A DNA stretch of 64,000 bases from Lachnospiraceae bacterium (GTDB lineage: Bacteria > Bacillota > Clostridia > Lachnospirales > Lachnospiraceae), in NCBI GenBank assembly GCA_045601665.1, contig JAZRZZ010000010.1, positions 100,370-164,369 on the forward strand, given 5' to 3'. The notes below the pieces were generated by a model, which did not search any database, had not been told where the DNA came from, and saw nothing but the letters and a program-made list of their open reading frames with translations. The translations under genes and the position numbers were made by a program. The stretch's first letter is position 1, and each line of letters begins with the position of its first letter. Of the stretch, positions 1-9,683 are shown piece by piece.

Positions 1-1007
1 AAGCTGACTATGCTCTTAAGTATGTAAATGCTGATGCTACGCTTGATATCAAGGAGCTTGGCATTGACCCTGCTACCGATCTTAAGGATCAGTACAAGTA
101 CACTCAGGACATCGTTACCGATAGCAACGGCGTTTTGAAGGGTGTTTCTTGGCAGGCATGTCCCGGTCTCTTGATCTACAGAAGAGACGTTGCTAAGACG
201 GTTCTCGGTTCTGATGATCCGGCAGAGGTTCAGAAGGCAGTTGCTGACTGGGCTACGTTTGCTCAGACTGCAGCTACGATGAAGGAAGCTGGCTATGCAA
301 TGGTTTCCGGTTTTGATGATACATATCGTGTATTCTCCAACAACGTAACCTCTAAGTGGGTAGTTGACGGAAAGCTTAACATCGATGCAAACATCATGGC
401 TTGGGTTGACCAGACGAAGGATTTCACCGATAAGGGTTACAACAACAAGACCACTCTTTGGAGTGATGCTTGGGCAGAAGGCTTCTATCCGGAAGGAAAT
501 GTATTCTGTTACTTTGGACCCGCTTGGTTGGTAGACTTCTCTATGCATGCTGACAAGGAAGGCAGTATTGGTTACAAGGGCGAGTGGGGTGCATGTAATG
601 GACCTCAGGGCTTCTTCTGGGGCGGTACTTGGATCTGCGCAGCTAAGGGAACCGACAATGCTGCAGAGATTAAGGACATCATCCTTAAGCTCACTGCGGA
701 TGCTACCATCATGAAGGGCATCGTTACGAAGGATAACGACTTCGTAAACAACAAGCCTGCTATGGAAGAGATGGCTAAGTCCGATTACACCTCCAAGGTT
801 CTTGGCGGACAGAATCCTCTTGGTCTTTACGCTGCAGGCGTAGACGGTCTTGACCTCAGCAACATCTCCGATTATGACCAGGGTTGTAACGAAGAGTTCC
901 AGAAGGCATTGGCTGACTACTTCAACGGTACGGTTGATAAGGATACCGCAATTGCTAACTTCAAGAACGCAATTAAGAAGAGATATCCTGCAATTACTGT
1001 AGAGTAA
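1..1007 (+). CDS. ABC transporter extracellular solute-binding protein (carbohydrate type), 5' end outside window
   Basis: Frame 3 is open from base 3 to the stop at 1005-1007, so the M at 135 in the ORF track is not the real start. It is followed by two MalF/MalG-type permease genes. Confidence 0.7.
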   Translation, partial: ADYALKYVNADATLDIKELGIDPATDLKDQYKYTQDIVTDSNGVLKGVSWQACPGLLIYRRDVAKTVLGSDDPAEVQKAVADWATFAQTAATMKEAGYAMVSGFDDTYRVFSNNVTSKWVVDGKLNIDANIMAWVDQTKDFTDKGYNNKTTLWSDAWAEGFYPEGNVFCYFGPAWLVDFSMHADKEGSIGYKGEWGACNGPQGFFWGGTWICAAKGTDNAAEIKDIILKLTADATIMKGIVTKDNDFVNNKPAMEEMAKSDYTSKVLGGQNPLGLYAAGVDGLDLSNISDYDQGCNEEFQKALADYFNGTVDKDTAIANFKNAIKKRYPAITVE

Positions 1008-1020
1008 TCCGAACTTTATT

Positions 1021-1050
1021 GTATGGAGTGCCCGATAGGGCGCTCCATAC
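1021..1050 (+). other. Intercistronic stem-loop between binding-protein and permease genes
   Basis: GTATGGAGTGCCC-gata-GGGCGCTCCATAC has one G-U pair and no U-tract. This is typical of mRNA-stabilising or attenuating hairpins after ABC binding-protein genes. Confidence 0.5.
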
Positions 1051-1129
1051 ATAAAAAGAACACACTTCATTGTATTGTCACAAAGAAAATAAGTATTTCA
1101 GTATTATAATAGATAGCGAGGAATTATTT

Positions 1130-2053
1130 ATGTCCAAGCAGATAAGGAATAGGAGACGTGGCGTAACAACGGGAAAATGGGGCATCATCTTTTTGTTGCC
1201 GTTCATTTTGGGATTTTTGGTATTTCAGTTGGTGCCCTTGGTTACGACGGTTTATTACAGCTTTTTCGAAAATTATATGAATGGTCTCGATCAGGTAGGG
1301 CCGACCTTCGTGGGACTTAGAAACTATAGAGAATTAGTTGAGACGAATGATTTGATAAAATATACGAGAAACACGTTTATCATGTGGATCATTGGTTTCA
1401 TTCCGCAGATTCTTGTATCGTTGCTGTTGGCATCTTGGTTTGCGAACAATCGTCTGCGCATTCGTGCGGCAGGGTTCTTTAAGACCGTTATTTACATGCC
1501 GAATCTGATCATGGCATCGGCATTTTCCATGCTGTTCTTCGCGTTGTTTTCCGAAGTAGGTCCTGTGAATGGTGCGTTGGAGACGCTTGGAATCATTGAA
1601 GAGAATGAGCCGGTTCGTTTCCTTACATATGTATGGGGTGCGAGAGGTCTGGTCGGGGCGATGAACTTCATTATGTGGTTCGGTAATACGACCATTCTGT
1701 TGATGGCAGGCATTATGGGTATCGACAGTGAGCTGTTTGAGGCTGCCGAGGTGGATGGTGCAAGGCCCGGACAGGTATTTCGTAAGATTACGCTCCCGAT
1801 TCTCCGTCCGATTTTGATCTATGTTATGATTACCTCGATGATCGGTGGTATCCAGATGTTCGACGTTCCCGAGATTTTGACAGGCTCCTCCGGTGCTCCG
1901 AACAATACGACACAGACCCTTATCATGGATTTGAGAGATCGTTTGGAATGTAACAACTACGGAATGGGTGGCGCACTTTCGGTTATCCTTCTTATCATTA
2001 CAAGTGCATTGAGCTTGTTGGTATATCGTTTCATGGTTGTAAAGAACGATTAG
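1130..2053 (+). CDS. Sugar ABC transporter permease (MalF/UgpA-like)
   Basis: ATG at 1130 follows a GAGGAA RBS. The protein is multi-TM and carries an EAA-type loop (FEAAEVDGARPGQVFRKITLP). Confidence 0.85.
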   Translation: MSKQIRNRRRGVTTGKWGIIFLLPFILGFLVFQLVPLVTTVYYSFFENYMNGLDQVGPTFVGLRNYRELVETNDLIKYTRNTFIMWIIGFIPQILVSLLLASWFANNRLRIRAAGFFKTVIYMPNLIMASAFSMLFFALFSEVGPVNGALETLGIIEENEPVRFLTYVWGARGLVGAMNFIMWFGNTTILLMAGIMGIDSELFEAAEVDGARPGQVFRKITLPILRPILIYVMITSMIGGIQMFDVPEILTGSSGAPNNTTQTLIMDLRDRLECNNYGMGGALSVILLIITSALSLLVYRFMVVKND

Positions 2054-2059
2054 GAGGGG

Positions 2060-2938
2060 ATGGAAATGGCGAATAAGAATTACAAACAAAGAGAAATTAA
2101 GAAGTCCATGGGCATCCGTGGTCGACGTATTGTAGCGCATACCGTTCTTATCCTTGTAACGATTCTTTGCTTGTTCTGGTTCTTCATGTTGTTCATCAAT
2201 TGTACCAGAACACACAGTGAAATCAGCCGTGGTTTTTCTTGGTTACCGGGAAAGTCGTTCCTTGAGAACTGGAAGAACATGATTGGTGGCACACTGGATT
2301 GGAGACGGGGTTTGATTAACAGCTTCCTCGTGGCTGCGCTGTCCACCATCGTCGGTGTTTACTGTTCGACGATGACTGCATATGCAATTTATGCATACGA
2401 TTTTAAGGGAAGAAACTTCTTTGCGGCATTTATCCTTGCAATTATGATGATCCCGAATCAGGTATCGTCTCTCGGTTTTGTTAAGCTGTGTACAGCTCTT
2501 AAACTGAAGAATAATTTTCTTCCGTTTATTCTTCCTTCGATGGCGGCACCGATTACGTACTTCTATCTGAAGCAGTATATGGAGAGTAACCTTTCGATGT
2601 CCCTCATTGAGGCGGCTCGAATCGATGGTTCTTCCGAGATTCGTACCTTTAACCGTGTGGCAATTCCTTTGATGAAGCCCGCGATTTCGGTACAGGCGAT
2701 TTTCTCCTTCGTAGGAAGCTGGAACAACTACTTCCAGCCCGCAATTTTGCTCCGTGAGCCGGAGGTGAAGACGCTTCCGATCTTGATTGCGAATCTGCGA
2801 AGTGCAGACTGGTTGAAGTTTGATATGGGTCAGGTATATATGTCCATCGCATTTTCGATTTTCCCGGTTATCTTTGTATATATGATTCTTGCGAAGAACA
2901 TTGTTGCCGGTGTATCTGCCGGTGGCGTAAAGGGTTGA
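2060..2938 (+). CDS. Sugar ABC transporter permease (MalG/UgpE-like)
   Basis: Multi-TM protein with an EAA loop (IEAARIDGSSEIRTFNRVAIP). It lies adjacent to the first permease. Confidence 0.85.
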   Translation: MEMANKNYKQREIKKSMGIRGRRIVAHTVLILVTILCLFWFFMLFINCTRTHSEISRGFSWLPGKSFLENWKNMIGGTLDWRRGLINSFLVAALSTIVGVYCSTMTAYAIYAYDFKGRNFFAAFILAIMMIPNQVSSLGFVKLCTALKLKNNFLPFILPSMAAPITYFYLKQYMESNLSMSLIEAARIDGSSEIRTFNRVAIPLMKPAISVQAIFSFVGSWNNYFQPAILLREPEVKTLPILIANLRSADWLKFDMGQVYMSIAFSIFPVIFVYMILAKNIVAGVSAGGVKG

Positions 2939-2952
2939 TGGTATGACAATAG

Positions 2953-2985
2953 GCACCTTTTCCGAAAGGAAAGGGTGCTTTTTTC
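2953..2985 (+). terminator. Rho-independent terminator of the ABC operon
   Basis: GCACCTTTTCC-gaaa-GGAAAGGGTGC followed by TTTTTT. Confidence 0.75.
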
Positions 2986-3105
2986 AGCTTTTTTTCAAGA
3001 GAAAAAAGTATGGAAGAATGCGAATTGCAAGGTTGATTTACGAGACATTCTATGGTAGAATAATTTCGATGAAATGCACGACTTGGTGCAGTAAGGAGGT
3101 ACGCC

Positions 3106-3813
3106 TTGGCAACGTACAGAAGAATTTTATTGAAACTAAGCGGCGAGGCTCTTGCGGGTGATCAGAAGAAGGGCTTCGACGAGGAGACCTGTGTACAGGT
3201 GGCGAAGCAGATCCGTCAGTTGACAGAGGAAGGCGTTCAGGTGGCAATTGTTATCGGCGGCGGTAATTTCTGGCGCGGACGAACCAGTAAGACGATTGAT
3301 CGTACGAAGGCGGATTCCATCGGCATGCTGGCCACAGTGATGAATTGTATCTATATGTCGGAGATCTGTCGTTTCTGCGGTATGAAGACAAGCATTTTCA
3401 CACCGTTTGTGTGTGGAACCGTGAGTGAGAATTTTTCGAAGGATAAGGCGGTGGCAGCCCTTGAGGAAGGCCAGGTAATCTTTTTGGCCGGGGGAACCGG
3501 TCATCCGTATTTTTCTACGGATACGACAACGGCACTCCGTGCCATTGAGTTGGATTGTGAGGCGATTGTAATGGCACGTGCGGTAGACGGCGTCTATGAC
3601 AGCGATCCGAAGCTCAATCCGAATGCGAAGAAATACGATCGTGTTACTTATCAGGAACTTCTCGATAAGAAATTGGCAATTATGGATCTTACGGCAACGG
3701 TCATGTGTATGGAGAATCGCGTTCCTACACTTGTATTTTCTCTGAATGAAGAAGATGGCATTTTGAATAATGTGGCCGGTAATGTAACCGGTACGATCGT
3801 GGATGTAGAGTAG
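3106..3813 (+). CDS. pyrH: UMP kinase
   Basis: N-terminus RILLKLSGEALAG. TTG start 6 nt after AAGGAGG. Synteny with frr-uppS-cdsA. Confidence 0.92.
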   Translation: MATYRRILLKLSGEALAGDQKKGFDEETCVQVAKQIRQLTEEGVQVAIVIGGGNFWRGRTSKTIDRTKADSIGMLATVMNCIYMSEICRFCGMKTSIFTPFVCGTVSENFSKDKAVAALEEGQVIFLAGGTGHPYFSTDTTTALRAIELDCEAIVMARAVDGVYDSDPKLNPNAKKYDRVTYQELLDKKLAIMDLTATVMCMENRVPTLVFSLNEEDGILNNVAGNVTGTIVDVE

Positions 3814-3862
3814 TTGTTTCTTATAGAGGAATGCGCATACATCGCCAGCAACAACATAAACT

Positions 3863-4426
3863 ATGGAGGACGAGATGATGAATGAGATTTTGAAGCCCTT
3901 TGAAACAAAGATGACTAAGACACAGGACAACCTGAAGGAAGAGTATTCGAATATCCGTGCAGGTCGTGCGAACCCGCACTTGTTGGATAAGATCAAGGTT
4001 GATTATTACGGTTCGCCGACGAATCTTCAGCAGGTTGCGAACGTTTCCGTACCCGAGGCAAGAGTGATTATGATTCAGCCCTGGGAAGCAAGAATGATTA
4101 AGGAGATTGAGAAAGCGATTCTTGCTTCTGAGCTCGGAATTACACCGAGCAACGACGGCAAGGTAATTCGTCTTACTTTCCCTGAGCTTACCGAGGAGCG
4201 CCGTAAGGAGCTCTCGAAGGATGTGAAGAAGAAAGGGGAAAATGCAAAGGTTGCGATTCGTAACATCCGTCGTGATGCGAACGATGCCATCAAGAAAGCA
4301 GGCAAGGAACTCTCTGAGGATGAAGTGAAGAAGATGGAGAATGACGCGCAGAAGATGACGGACAAGTTCATTGCAGATATCGATAAGATGGTTGAGGACA
4401 AGACGAAGGAAATTATGACCGTATAA
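3863..4426 (+). CDS. frr: Ribosome recycling factor
   Basis: 187 aa with typical RRF sequence (RAGRANPHLLDKIKVDYYG, LTEERRKEL). Position after pyrH. Confidence 0.93.
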   Translation: MEDEMMNEILKPFETKMTKTQDNLKEEYSNIRAGRANPHLLDKIKVDYYGSPTNLQQVANVSVPEARVIMIQPWEARMIKEIEKAILASELGITPSNDGKVIRLTFPELTEERRKELSKDVKKKGENAKVAIRNIRRDANDAIKKAGKELSEDEVKKMENDAQKMTDKFIADIDKMVEDKTKEIMTV

Positions 4427-4441
4427 TATGGATGAGGGATT

Positions 4442-4461
4442 GGGCGTATGCAGATACGCCC
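4442..4461 (+). terminator. Hairpin just after frr (weak terminator or attenuator)
   Basis: GGGCGTAT-gcag-ATACGCCC begins 16 nt after the frr stop, with only a weak T-rich tail. It argues against the 4428 start for uppS. Confidence 0.45.
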
Positions 4462-4520
4462 AATTGTTCCATATAGACCGAATACCAATAGGAGCCGGAG
4501 ACGGAGGAAGGAAAGAAAGA

Positions 4521-5240
4521 GTGAGCGACAAAGAAAATTATGTAATTCCGAAGCATGTAGCGATTATTATGGATGGCAACGGACGTTGGGCGAAGAAGCG
4601 TTTTCTTCCGAGAAATGCGGGGCATGCACAAGGAAGCCGAGTGGCAGAGCAGATATGCGAGGATGCATTTGACCTTGGAATCGAATATTTGACCATCTAT
4701 GCGTTTTCTACGGAAAATTGGGTTCGTCCGAAGGAAGAAGTGGATGCATTGATGAATTTGCTTCGCAGATATATGAAGGACAGTATCGAACGAAGCAGCA
4801 AGAACAATATGCGGGTGCGTGTGATTGGTGATATCGGACGTCTGGATGAGGATTTGCAACAGAGCATTCGGCAGTTAGAGGAAATCTCTTCGACAAATAC
4901 CGGCTTGAAATTTCAGGTTGCCATCAATTACGGAGGAAGAGATGAGATCCTCCGTGCGGCGAGAAAAATGGCGCAGGATTGCGTAGATGGAGCCATGAGG
5001 CCTGAGGAGTTGACGGAGGAGCGCTTCTATGGATATTTCGACACCTCGGATATTCCGTATCCGGATCTGATGATACGTACCAGCGGAGAGATGCGAACCT
5101 CAAACTTTCTGCCTTGGCAGTTGGCTTATTCGGAGTTTTATTTTACCGACGTTTTGTGGCCGGATTTTAACAAAAAAGAACTAAAGAAAGCCATTGATTA
5201 TTTTAATGGCAGAGACCGACGATTCGGAGGAGTGAAGTAA
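4521..5240 (+). CDS. uppS: Undecaprenyl (isoprenyl) diphosphate synthase
   Basis: HVAIIMDGNGRWAKKR motif. GTG at 4521 follows a GGAGGAAGG RBS. The longer 4428 start would run through the frr hairpin. Confidence 0.88.
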   Translation: MSDKENYVIPKHVAIIMDGNGRWAKKRFLPRNAGHAQGSRVAEQICEDAFDLGIEYLTIYAFSTENWVRPKEEVDALMNLLRRYMKDSIERSSKNNMRVRVIGDIGRLDEDLQQSIRQLEEISSTNTGLKFQVAINYGGRDEILRAARKMAQDCVDGAMRPEELTEERFYGYFDTSDIPYPDLMIRTSGEMRTSNFLPWQLAYSEFYFTDVLWPDFNKKELKKAIDYFNGRDRRFGGVK

Positions 5241-6040
5241 TGTTTATTGAACGTTTGATTAGCGGAATTGTGATGATGATCATTGCGATTGCAGCGATTT
5301 TTCTGGGAGACTATGTGCTGTTTGGGTTGATTTTGGCCATTTCCTTAATCGGAATGTACGAGCTGTATCGTTTGTTTCATATGGAGCGTACGGTTCCGGG
5401 AATTGTAGGATACCTTGCATGCATCGGTTATTTTTTGCTCATCCTTTTTGATAAGGAGCGCTTTGTTTTGCCGGGAGTTCTCGGATTTTTGTTGGTGTCG
5501 ATGATCTTATATGTCATTTATTTTCCGAAGTACAAGACCAATCAGATCATGGCCGTTTTCTTCGGGTTGTTCTACGTTGCAATGATGCTTTGTTGCATTT
5601 ATCGCATTCGTGAGATGGAACGTGGCGTATATCTTGTTTGGCTTGTGTTTATTGGCTCCTGGGGCTCGGATACTTGTGCGTATTGCGTAGGGCGTCTGAT
5701 AGGGAAACACAAAGCATTTCCGGTACTTAGTCCGAAGAAGTCATGGGAGGGCTGCGTCGGCGGTGTCGTGGGAGCTGCGCTGATTGGGGTGATTTATGCG
5801 GCAATTTTCCGTGAAAAGCTGACGGTGATTCCGTATCCGATGCTTGCGTTCTCGGTAATCGGGGCTGCTTCTGCGATAATTTCACAGGTTGGTGATTTGG
5901 CTGCTTCTGCAATGAAACGCGATTATGAGATCAAGGATTACGGGCATCTCATCCCCGGTCACGGCGGAATATTGGATCGTTTTGATAGCGTAATATTCAC
6001 GGCCCCGATCGTATATTATTTGTTGCAGTTTTTTGCATAA
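5240..6040 (+). CDS. cdsA: Phosphatidate cytidylyltransferase
   Basis: Multi-TM protein with the C-terminal CDS signature (SAMKRDYEIKDYGHLIPGHGGILDRFDS). Its ATG overlaps the uppS stop (TAATG). Confidence 0.9.
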   Translation: MFIERLISGIVMMIIAIAAIFLGDYVLFGLILAISLIGMYELYRLFHMERTVPGIVGYLACIGYFLLILFDKERFVLPGVLGFLLVSMILYVIYFPKYKTNQIMAVFFGLFYVAMMLCCIYRIREMERGVYLVWLVFIGSWGSDTCAYCVGRLIGKHKAFPVLSPKKSWEGCVGGVVGAALIGVIYAAIFREKLTVIPYPMLAFSVIGAASAIISQVGDLAASAMKRDYEIKDYGHLIPGHGGILDRFDSVIFTAPIVYYLLQFFA

Positions 6041-6076
6041 AAAAGGACGAAGTAAGACTTGTTCTGGAGGAAGAAA

Positions 6077-7249
6077 ATGAAGCATATAGCGATTCTCGGG
6101 TCTACCGGATCGATCGGAACACAGACATTGGACATTGTCAGGGAATTTCCCGAGGAATTAAAGGTTGAGGCATTGACCGCAAATCGAAGCGTGGAGCTTT
6201 TGGAGGCGCAGATACGTGAGTTTCGACCGAAGTTGGTCGGAGTGTATGACGAAAAATGTGCCGCGGAGCTGAGATTACGCATTCGTGACTTAGATGGAGT
6301 GTCGGTTGTGAGTGGCATGGAGGGTTTGATTTCCTGTGCAACCTGCGACATGGTGGAGATCGTTGTGACTGCGGTGGTCGGCATGATCGGCTTGCGCCCA
6401 ACGGTAGCGGCCATTTGTGCGGGAAAGGACATTGCACTTGCGAACAAAGAGACGCTTGTAACGGCAGGACATCTGATTATGCCGCTATTGCAGGAATACG
6501 GCGTTGGCTTGTACCCGATTGACAGCGAACATTCTGCGATTTTTCAGTCGCTGCAGGGGCTTGCGTATCGAGGGGAAATCTCAGAAGGGCATCCGGCCAT
6601 TCGTCGCATTTTATTAACGGCATCGGGGGGACCTTTTCGTGGACAGACACTGTCGCAAATGTACAACTACACCGTGGAAGATGCTCTGAAGCATCCGAAC
6701 TGGGCCATGGGAAGTAAGATTACGATAGATTCCGCCACGATGGTTAACAAAGGACTTGAGATGATGGAGGCGCGTTGGTTGTTCGGTGTTTCTCCGGAGC
6801 AGATTACCGTGCTTGTGCATCCACAGAGTGTACTGCATTCGGCGGTCGAATTTGTCGATGGAGCGGTGGTCGGACAGATGGGGACTCCGGATATGAAGCT
6901 GCCGATCCGTTATGCATTGTTTTATCCGGAGCGAAAACCTTCGCCGGCGGAGCCGCTGGATCTGTTTCGTGTGGGACATTTGGACTTTGAAGAACCGGAT
7001 AGAGAGAATTTTCCGGCATTTGCTTTGGCGGAAAGGATAATGCGCGAGGGTGGTTCCTTGCCGACGGTATACAATGCGGCAAATGAATATGCCGTAGCGC
7101 AATTTCTCGAAAAAAATATCGGTTTCACCGAAATCGGCGAGTATATTGCATATGCGGTTGAGCATCATACAAAAATCGAGAATCCTACGCTTGCGCAGAT
7201 TCTTGAAATCGAACAGGAAACATATGCATTATTAAAGTGTATGAAGTAA
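6077..7249 (+). CDS. dxr: 1-deoxy-D-xylulose 5-phosphate reductoisomerase
   Basis: MKHIAILGSTGSIGTQTLD N-terminus and ANKE, DSEHSA, NKGLE motifs. RBS GGAGGAAG lies before the ATG at 6077. Confidence 0.92.
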   Translation: MKHIAILGSTGSIGTQTLDIVREFPEELKVEALTANRSVELLEAQIREFRPKLVGVYDEKCAAELRLRIRDLDGVSVVSGMEGLISCATCDMVEIVVTAVVGMIGLRPTVAAICAGKDIALANKETLVTAGHLIMPLLQEYGVGLYPIDSEHSAIFQSLQGLAYRGEISEGHPAIRRILLTASGGPFRGQTLSQMYNYTVEDALKHPNWAMGSKITIDSATMVNKGLEMMEARWLFGVSPEQITVLVHPQSVLHSAVEFVDGAVVGQMGTPDMKLPIRYALFYPERKPSPAEPLDLFRVGHLDFEEPDRENFPAFALAERIMREGGSLPTVYNAANEYAVAQFLEKNIGFTEIGEYIAYAVEHHTKIENPTLAQILEIEQETYALLKCMK

Positions 7250-7261
7250 GAAAGGGACGTT

Positions 7262-8566
7262 ATGAATCTGATAAATATATTGCTTGCCATGCTGATTATC
7301 AGCTTTGTTATTATTTTTCATGAGCTGGGGCATTTTCTTGTGGCAAAGGCAAACGGAATTGTTGTCACAGAGTTTTCGCTCGGAATGGGGCCGCGTATTT
7401 TGAGCAAAAAAATCGGCGAAACCAGATATTCGTGGAAGCTGTTTCCGCTCGGTGGCTCCTGTATGATGCTTGGGGAGGACGAAGGGAGCGATGCCCCCGG
7501 GACCTTTAATAGCAAAACTGTGTGGCAGCGAATCAGCGTTGTATTTGCCGGACCGTTTTTTAATTTTATTCTGGCTTTTGTGATGGCATGCGTGATTCTT
7601 GGGGTGATTGGCTACGACGAGCCGTTCGTATACGGAATCAGCGAAGAGGTTGCACAGAAGACCGGTCTACAAGCAGAGGATGTGTTGACATCGTACAACG
7701 GGCATAAGATTCGCATCGGACGTGAAATGGCACTTTATGAGCAGTTGGACGGGATTGAAGAAGGTTCGATTACGATTACGTACGTACGTGACGGTAAGGA
7801 ATATGAAGCAACCTATGATGCGATATTGAATGATCGATATTATCTTGGTATTCAATATACGGCAGAGGAAACGGCTGCGATGATCTTGTCCGCAGTAACG
7901 GCGGACGGCGCGGCAGAAGCGGCGGGGATGAAGACCGGTGACAAGATTGTTGCGGTGGATGGAGTCGAAATTGCGACAGTGAAGGAATTTCAAGTGTATT
8001 TGGATGAAAATCCGCTGACGGGAACAGCGGTTACCTTGACGTACGAACGCGATGGGAAGACGTCCGATGTAACGCTTACTCCGATTCACAGTCGGAATTA
8101 TACGCTCGGCTTTTCGTATAATTACGGATATCGTGAGAAAATCGGCGCTTTACAGGTCGTTAAGTATGGATTTGTCGAAGTGAATTATTGGATCAAATCG
8201 ACGATTAAGAGTCTCGGATACATTTTCTCGGGAAAGGCTTCGACGGAGGATATCGGTGGACCGGTTCGCGTGGTTAGCGAAATGAGCAATGTGGTTGAGG
8301 AGAGCTATACGACCGATGGGGCATTGTACGCGTTTCTCAATCTTCTTAATTGGGGGATTCTGCTCAGTGCGAACCTGGGTGTGATGAATCTGTTGCCGAT
8401 TCCGGCATTGGACGGCGGACGTTTGCTTTTTATGTTTATCGAGGTGATTCGCGGAAAGAAAATGGATCCGGAGAAGGAAGGCATCGTGCATTTTGTCGGA
8501 TTTGTATTGCTGATGATCTTAATGCTATTTATCTTTTTCAACGACATTCGAAACATCATTCCTTAA
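7262..8566 (+). CDS. rseP: RIP (site-2) zinc metalloprotease RseP/RasP family
   Basis: HELGH motif at the N-terminus, internal PDZ-like region, C-terminal [11 protein letters not shown] motif. Synteny after dxr. Confidence 0.9.
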   Translation: MNLINILLAMLIISFVIIFHELGHFLVAKANGIVVTEFSLGMGPRILSKKIGETRYSWKLFPLGGSCMMLGEDEGSDAPGTFNSKTVWQRISVVFAGPFFNFILAFVMACVILGVIGYDEPFVYGISEEVAQKTGLQAEDVLTSYNGHKIRIGREMALYEQLDGIEEGSITITYVRDGKEYEATYDAILNDRYYLGIQYTAEETAAMILSAVTADGAAEAAGMKTGDKIVAVDGVEIATVKEFQVYLDENPLTGTAVTLTYERDGKTSDVTLTPIHSRNYTLGFSYNYGYREKIGALQVVKYGFVEVNYWIKSTIKSLGYIFSGKASTEDIGGPVRVVSEMSNVVEESYTTDGALYAFLNLLNWGILLSANLGVMNLLPIPALDGGRLLFMFIEVIRGKKMDPEKEGIVHFVGFVLLMILMLFIFFNDIRNIIP

Positions 8567-8576
8567 GGGGGCAGTT

Positions 8577-9641
8577 ATGATACGGAAACAGACGAAGACG
8601 ATTGCAATCGGCAACCGTGTGATCGGCGGGGGCAATCCGATACTGATACAATCGATGTGCAATACAAGGACCGAGGATGTTGTGGCAACGGTGGCGCAGA
8701 TACGTCGCTTAACCGAGCTTGGCTGTGACATCATTCGAGTAGCGGTGCCGAACAAAGAGGCCGTGGAGGCAATTCGGGAGATTAAGAAACAGATTACGAT
8801 TCCGCTGGTCGCGGATATCCATTTTGATTATCGGCTGGCAATCGCCGCAATTGAGGCCGGAGCCGATAAGATTCGCATCAATCCCGGCAATATCGGGAGC
8901 AGGGAACGGATTGCAGCAGTCGTAGAGAAGGCAAAGGAATACCATATTCCTATTCGTGTCGGTGTCAACAGTGGTTCACTGGAAAAGGAACTGGTGGCGA
9001 AGTACGGAAGGGTAACCGCCGAGGGCTTGGTGGAAAGTGCATTGTCAAAGGTGCGTATTCTCGAGGAGTTGGATTTTTATAATATCGTGATCAGTATTAA
9101 GTCTTCCGATGTTTTGATGTCGATTGAGGCACATGAATTGCTGTCAAAGGAGACCGATTATCCGCTTCATGTGGGGATTACGGAGGCCGGCTCTGTATAT
9201 GCGGGAAACATCAAGTCCGCAATCGGACTCGGAACGATTTTGCACGCCGGAATCGGGGATACGATTCGTGTGTCATTGACGGATAAGCCGGAGGAAGAGA
9301 TTCGTTCCGCAAAGCTTATCCTCCGCACGCTTGGACTACGAAAAGGCGGCATAGAATTGGTGTCGTGTCCCACCTGTGGAAGGACGCAAATTGATTTGAT
9401 TGGTCTCGCAAAAGAAGTGGAGACGATGGTTGAGCAATACGATCTTGATATTAAGGTTGCTGTTATGGGCTGTGTGGTGAACGGACCGGGAGAGGCAAAG
9501 GAAGCGGACATCGGGATTGCCGGTGGCATTGGTGAGGGCTTGCTGATACGAAAGGGAGAAGTCTTGCGAAAGGTTCCGGAGTCGGAGCTTTTGGAGGAAT
9601 TAAAGAAAGAATTGGATGCTCTTGCTGCGGCACACGCGTAG
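8577..9641 (+). CDS. ispG: 4-hydroxy-3-methylbut-2-en-1-yl diphosphate synthase
   Basis: Typical GcpE sequence ([31 protein letters not shown]). Confidence 0.92.
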   Translation: MIRKQTKTIAIGNRVIGGGNPILIQSMCNTRTEDVVATVAQIRRLTELGCDIIRVAVPNKEAVEAIREIKKQITIPLVADIHFDYRLAIAAIEAGADKIRINPGNIGSRERIAAVVEKAKEYHIPIRVGVNSGSLEKELVAKYGRVTAEGLVESALSKVRILEELDFYNIVISIKSSDVLMSIEAHELLSKETDYPLHVGITEAGSVYAGNIKSAIGLGTILHAGIGDTIRVSLTDKPEEEIRSAKLILRTLGLRKGGIELVSCPTCGRTQIDLIGLAKEVETMVEQYDLDIKVAVMGCVVNGPGEAKEADIGIAGGIGEGLLIRKGEVLRKVPESELLEELKKELDALAAAHA

Positions 9642-9683
9642 CTGAGGACTACGGAAGATCTTATACACGAGGGAGGAGAGGAA

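Noticed and set aside
4428-4520. Upstream start of uppS at 4428
   Set aside because: This start would begin 1 nt after the frr stop and translate through the GGGCGTAT/ATACGCCC hairpin. The GTG at 4521 has a strong RBS and matches the homolog N-terminus.
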